DNA of 62,449 nucleotides, the filler included, from an uncultured Methanosarcinales archaeon (GTDB lineage: Archaea > Nanobdellota > Nanobdellia > Woesearchaeales > DATDXC01): NCBI GenBank assembly GCA_964510025.1. It is 4 parts of 3 records of this genome, joined end to end, with 100 filler letters (N's around TTAATTAATTAA, not from the genome) between each part and the next. Parts side by side here need not be neighbours in the genome. Positions count along the whole stretch, not along the records: positions 47,725 to 62,449 come from CAZDZV010000024.1; 3 more parts are not named here. One strand, written 5' to 3'. Made by a program: the position numbers and the translations under genes. The notes under the pieces are model-generated. The model was not told the origin of the DNA and made no database searches. It saw only the letters and a list, made by a program, of their open reading frames with translations. Shown one piece after another: positions 58,809-62,449 of the stretch; the first letter of the stretch is position 1; each line of letters opens with the position of its first letter.

Positions 58809-59888
58809 ATGAGAAAAATTTTAGCAATAATTGCTGCTTTGTTGGTTCTAGTACCAGCATCATTAGCAGTTAGCGTTGGTTCTGGTCTGACACCAGACAT
58901 AGAGACAGAAGATTTTGCTCCTATGGTCTGGCTGTGCGACAACAGGGTTGTATATGACGATGCAACTGAACCAGGGCGAGTAAGTTTGGACGGCGAAGAG
59001 CTTGTCGAAAGGATGTACAACTACGCTTTCGAAGGAGAGCAGATAGCATGGAAAGTTCTTGTAATGGACAAGAACGGCGTTGAGAAGATAGAAGATGTAT
59101 TTGCCACAATCGGAAGCGCACAAGGTGCAGGCAACGACATCGAAGTGAACTGCCAGGAGACCAACAATCCAGCAACCATACCACGCAAGTGCAATGCCAG
59201 AATTCTTGAAGAAGATCTTTCTGGAGAAAGGCTGGATGAAGACACACAGCAGATGTATGAATGTACACTTACTGTAGAGACACCAGCAAGCATGTATGGC
59301 GAGTACTGGATAACAGTTGAAGCAACAGACCTAGATGGTTTGTCAGGAACAATGGATGAGAATGAGTATTGGTACCTAAATCCAGAGATTGCTTTGTCAG
59401 TCAATGGAGAACTGGCATTCGAGAATGTCAGGCCAGGTACAGCAGCTTATTCAGAGACACTGTTAGTCGGCAACGATGCTGATGCAGGTTCAGGAGTTAT
59501 CCTTGATATGTTCATATCAGGAACCGACTTCTACGACACATCAAGCAGCGGAGCAATGTGTCCGACAACAAACCAGCTTAGCCTTGACAGCTTCAAGTAC
59601 TATGCGGTTAATGGAGCTTACTCCACTGCAGACGATGCAGAAACCGGCAGAACTTGCGACGCAGAAGACTACTGTGACATCAATTATGGCATTGGATTCA
59701 ACGATCCAAATCCATTCTACGATGCACATGAGATTATCCAAGCTGGACCTGCTCCAGGACCATACTACGGAGCTAACATCCTCTCACCAGGTGCAGAGAT
59801 GTCAGTTACATTCAGGTTGGACCTGCCAGAGCCATGCAACGGCGACTTCGACGATGGAGAGATTTACTTCTGGGGCGAAGCAATCTAA
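58809..59888 (+). CDS. Secreted acidic protein, putative major filament/surface subunit
   Basis: Signal peptide, no TM anchor, paired Cys, C-terminal FRLDLPEPCNGDFDDGEIYFWGEAI; strong SD. Confidence 0.82.
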   Translation: MRKILAIIAALLVLVPASLAVSVGSGLTPDIETEDFAPMVWLCDNRVVYDDATEPGRVSLDGEELVERMYNYAFEGEQIAWKVLVMDKNGVEKIEDVFATIGSAQGAGNDIEVNCQETNNPATIPRKCNARILEEDLSGERLDEDTQQMYECTLTVETPASMYGEYWITVEATDLDGLSGTMDENEYWYLNPEIALSVNGELAFENVRPGTAAYSETLLVGNDADAGSGVILDMFISGTDFYDTSSSGAMCPTTNQLSLDSFKYYAVNGAYSTADDAETGRTCDAEDYCDINYGIGFNDPNPFYDAHEIIQAGPAPGPYYGANILSPGAEMSVTFRLDLPEPCNGDFDDGEIYFWGEAI

Positions 59889-59890
59889 AC

Positions 59891-59922
59891 GGGCGAAAGC
59901 CCAATTTTTTTATTTTTTTTTT
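59891..59922 (+). terminator. Hairpin plus long T-tract terminator
   Basis: GGGC-GAAA-GCCC followed by AA-T8-A-T10. Confidence 0.8.
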
Positions 59923-59974
59923 AGAAAAACTTCATATTCATCTGTCACTTTTTAAAAAATCGGGGGTAATCCAA

Positions 59975-61198
59975 ATGAAAAAGATAATGATAGCAATGGC
60001 CATAGCGTTGCTGCTGCCTAGTGCCTATTCTATGAGCATCGGCTCAGGCCTTACGCCGGATATACGCACAGAAGACTTCAAGCCCATGATATGGCTGTGC
60101 GGCAGCAGGATCGTCTATGATGATAATACAGAGCCGGGAAGGATCCTGGCAGACGAACTTGTCGAAAGGATGAGCAACTATGCATTCGAGGGGGAAGGCA
60201 TATCATGGAACCTGCTTGTCATGGACAAGAACGGCGTTGAGAAGATAAAGGATGTCTTTGTGTCTATCGGCCCTAACAATGATGCTAGGCGGATGGTCCC
60301 CTATACATATATAGACCCATACTGCATGGATGAATGCAGCGATCTCTATGATGACTGCGTATTGGACTGCAACAGCAGCCAGAGCTGCGAACAGCTCTGT
60401 GAGCAGGAAAGAGATTCATGCGAGGCAGGATGCGAAAGGACAGGCCTCAGGCTGGAAGCGAATGAGATACAGGTAAATTGCCAGAAAACCTGCGGGCCTT
60501 CGCAAATCCCGGCCTCGTGCAATGCGCGCATACTTGAGGAGCGCATCACCCGGTTCAATCCTGACACAATGGACTATTATGAATGCAGGTTTACAGTTGA
60601 AACACCACTATCGAACTACGGGGAGTATTTTGTTACGATTGAAGCAGAAGACATGGACGGCCTCTATAACTATGCAGATGAGGTCGAATATTGGTATCTT
60701 AATCCGGAGATAGCTCTGGCAATAGACGGCGATCTTCAGTTCCGCAATGTGCGGCCAGGGACAAGCAGCTATTCCCAATCATTGCTTGTGAGCAACGATG
60801 CAGATCAAGGCTCCGGCGTTATGCTGGACATGTTCATATCAGGAACCGACTTCTACGACACATCAAGCAGCGGAGCAATGTGTCCGACAACAAACCAGCT
60901 TAGCCTTGACAGGATAAGTTATTATACCTCAAGCGGATCATACTCAACGTCTGCAGATCCAAGAAGTGATCCAGAAGGATATGTCGGAATAGCCTACGGC
61001 ATTGGTTTTAATGATCCAAACCCGTTCTACAACAATGCTGAAATACTGCAGGCAGGACCGATGGTCGGCCCCTATTACAGGGCGAACATCCTCTCGCCAG
61101 GTGCAGACATGGCTCTCACCTTCAGGCTCGACCTGCCAGAGCCATGCAACGGCGACTTCGACGACGGGGAGATATACTTCTGGGGAGAAGCTGTGTAA
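59975..61198 (+). CDS. Paralog of 58809..59888 with Cys-rich helical insertion
   Basis: Colinear similarity with an insertion of C-x3-C repeats; real start MKKIMIAM at 59975. Confidence 0.82.
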   Translation: MKKIMIAMAIALLLPSAYSMSIGSGLTPDIRTEDFKPMIWLCGSRIVYDDNTEPGRILADELVERMSNYAFEGEGISWNLLVMDKNGVEKIKDVFVSIGPNNDARRMVPYTYIDPYCMDECSDLYDDCVLDCNSSQSCEQLCEQERDSCEAGCERTGLRLEANEIQVNCQKTCGPSQIPASCNARILEERITRFNPDTMDYYECRFTVETPLSNYGEYFVTIEAEDMDGLYNYADEVEYWYLNPEIALAIDGDLQFRNVRPGTSSYSQSLLVSNDADQGSGVMLDMFISGTDFYDTSSSGAMCPTTNQLSLDRISYYTSSGSYSTSADPRSDPEGYVGIAYGIGFNDPNPFYNNAEILQAGPMVGPYYRANILSPGADMALTFRLDLPEPCNGDFDDGEIYFWGEAV

Positions 61199-61200
61199 GC

Positions 61201-62449
61201 ATGAGCAGTCTCAGCAAGAAAGCATTGCCAATTGTAATCCTGCTAGCCTTAGCAGTGCAGATAGCTGAAGCGGAATTCTGGCTTTGCATGAATTATGGGG
61301 AGACGATCCAGTATTGCAACAACTATAAGCCTCCGCTGACGTGTGACAGCCAGACTGGCTGTGAAAGATGCATGTCGGTCTATGATGAGCCAAACAATTG
61401 TTTTATACATGGCTCATGGCCGAAATGCATGAACCTTGAAAGGGAATGCTTCACAGGAGGGGACACAGAGATAGATGCAGATCCTCCTGAGATGACAGTC
61501 ACTAGCCCGATAGAAGGGATGTACTACAATTCAAGGGCTGTTGAATTCATTATCAATCTGAACGAGCTCTCAGACCTCTATTACTATGATAACATAGAAG
61601 ACAGGGGCAGATGGAGCAGGCTTTGCACAGACTGCATAAGCTACAGCAGGAGCCTGAGCTTTGACGAAGGCTTGAATGATATAACGATAAGAGCTACTGA
61701 TGTGGTCGGAAATGCAGCAGAGCATGATGTGTTGTTTTACGTTGACAGCCAGGAACCGAAGATATACGAGACAACACCTGATGATGCAGAGTACGGCAAC
61801 GGCCTTTTCACTGTAGAATACACAGAAGAAGCCCTGCAAAAGGTGACGCTCCATTACAAGACAGACATATGGCATGAGATGGAGAAGACAGACTGCCCTG
61901 CCGGAGAGAGGCAGCTGTGTGAGTTTGACGTAGCTTTATCAGGCCAGCTCACAGTAGAGTACTATTTCGGGGTGTCTGATTCAGCCCAGACAGTTTATTC
62001 AGACCATAAGATGGTCTACATCGACACAGTAGATCCTGTGCTTACTGTAAGCGGCCCTATAAGCGAGCATGTATACGGTGACAGGAGGGTGCTGTTTGAC
62101 GTTGATGTTGACGAAGATGTACTGCTGGAATATTATGACCATGAAGATGACAGGGCAAGATGGGACAAGCTATGCTCTGACTGCGACGGTTATTCCAGGG
62201 AAGAGAGCTTTAAGGATGGCTTCCATGATATCAGCATAAGGGCAACCGACAATGCTGGAAACAGCGTGACTGTTAGAAGGGAATTTACTGTTGATAGCGA
62301 TGAGCCCAGGATATATGACACTCTGCCGGATGATGAGGAGTATGGCAACGGCCTGTTCACTGTAGAGTACACAGAAGAGCAGACCCTTGAATCAGTGACG
62401 CTCCATTACAAGACAGACATATGGCATGAGATGGAGAAGACAGACTGCC
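61201..62449 (+). CDS. Secreted Ig-like repeat protein (runs off window end)
   Basis: Manual translation MSSLSKKALPIVILLALAVQIAEAEFWLC...; Cys-rich N-terminus, repeated D..PP...SP...G...I.IRATD..GN units of ~184 aa; absent from the ORF track because no stop codon is present. Confidence 0.88.
   Translation, partial: MSSLSKKALPIVILLALAVQIAEAEFWLCMNYGETIQYCNNYKPPLTCDSQTGCERCMSVYDEPNNCFIHGSWPKCMNLERECFTGGDTEIDADPPEMTVTSPIEGMYYNSRAVEFIINLNELSDLYYYDNIEDRGRWSRLCTDCISYSRSLSFDEGLNDITIRATDVVGNAAEHDVLFYVDSQEPKIYETTPDDAEYGNGLFTVEYTEEALQKVTLHYKTDIWHEMEKTDCPAGERQLCEFDVALSGQLTVEYYFGVSDSAQTVYSDHKMVYIDTVDPVLTVSGPISEHVYGDRRVLFDVDVDEDVLLEYYDHEDDRARWDKLCSDCDGYSREESFKDGFHDISIRATDNAGNSVTVRREFTVDSDEPRIYDTLPDDEEYGNGLFTVEYTEEQTLESVTLHYKTDIWHEMEKTDC

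Noticed and set aside
59834..59974. N-terminal extension of the 454-aa ORF
   Set aside because: Runs through the upstream gene end and terminator; the signal peptide begins at ATG 59975.

Overview
Archaeal DNA, most consistent with a DPANN (Woesearchaeota-like) genome. Supporting markers are eL15, PurP, deoxyhypusine synthase, XPD, Arv/Oap genes, intron-containing tRNAs and mostly leaderless TATA promoters. The window is four contigs joined by artificial N44-TTAATTAATTAA-N44 linkers (1-11142, 11243-17799, 17900-47624, 47725-62449), so adjacency across a linker means nothing. Contig 1 is a cell-surface locus. It has six secreted proteins sharing one conserved domain (four stand-alone, two fused behind adhesin-like regions), an unannotated ribbon-helix-helix gene, an Sm-like gene and a 730-bp extremely AT-rich repeat array. 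Contigs 2-3 are mostly housekeeping and metabolic genes: arvABC, ychF, adk, a tandem ThiF plus GNAT pair, dys plus a decarboxylase, bacterial-type panB-panC-coaBC-PanK II, xpd, a RecJ/DHH protein, uppS, rpl15e, PGI/PMI, rad50 and two purP genes. They also carry three tRNAs, two of which have two introns. Contig 4 has metG, an ABC exporter and a second surface locus: a highly structured ~280-nt leader followed by two paralogous secreted subunits and an Ig-repeat protein. All calls come from reading motifs by eye; no searches were run.
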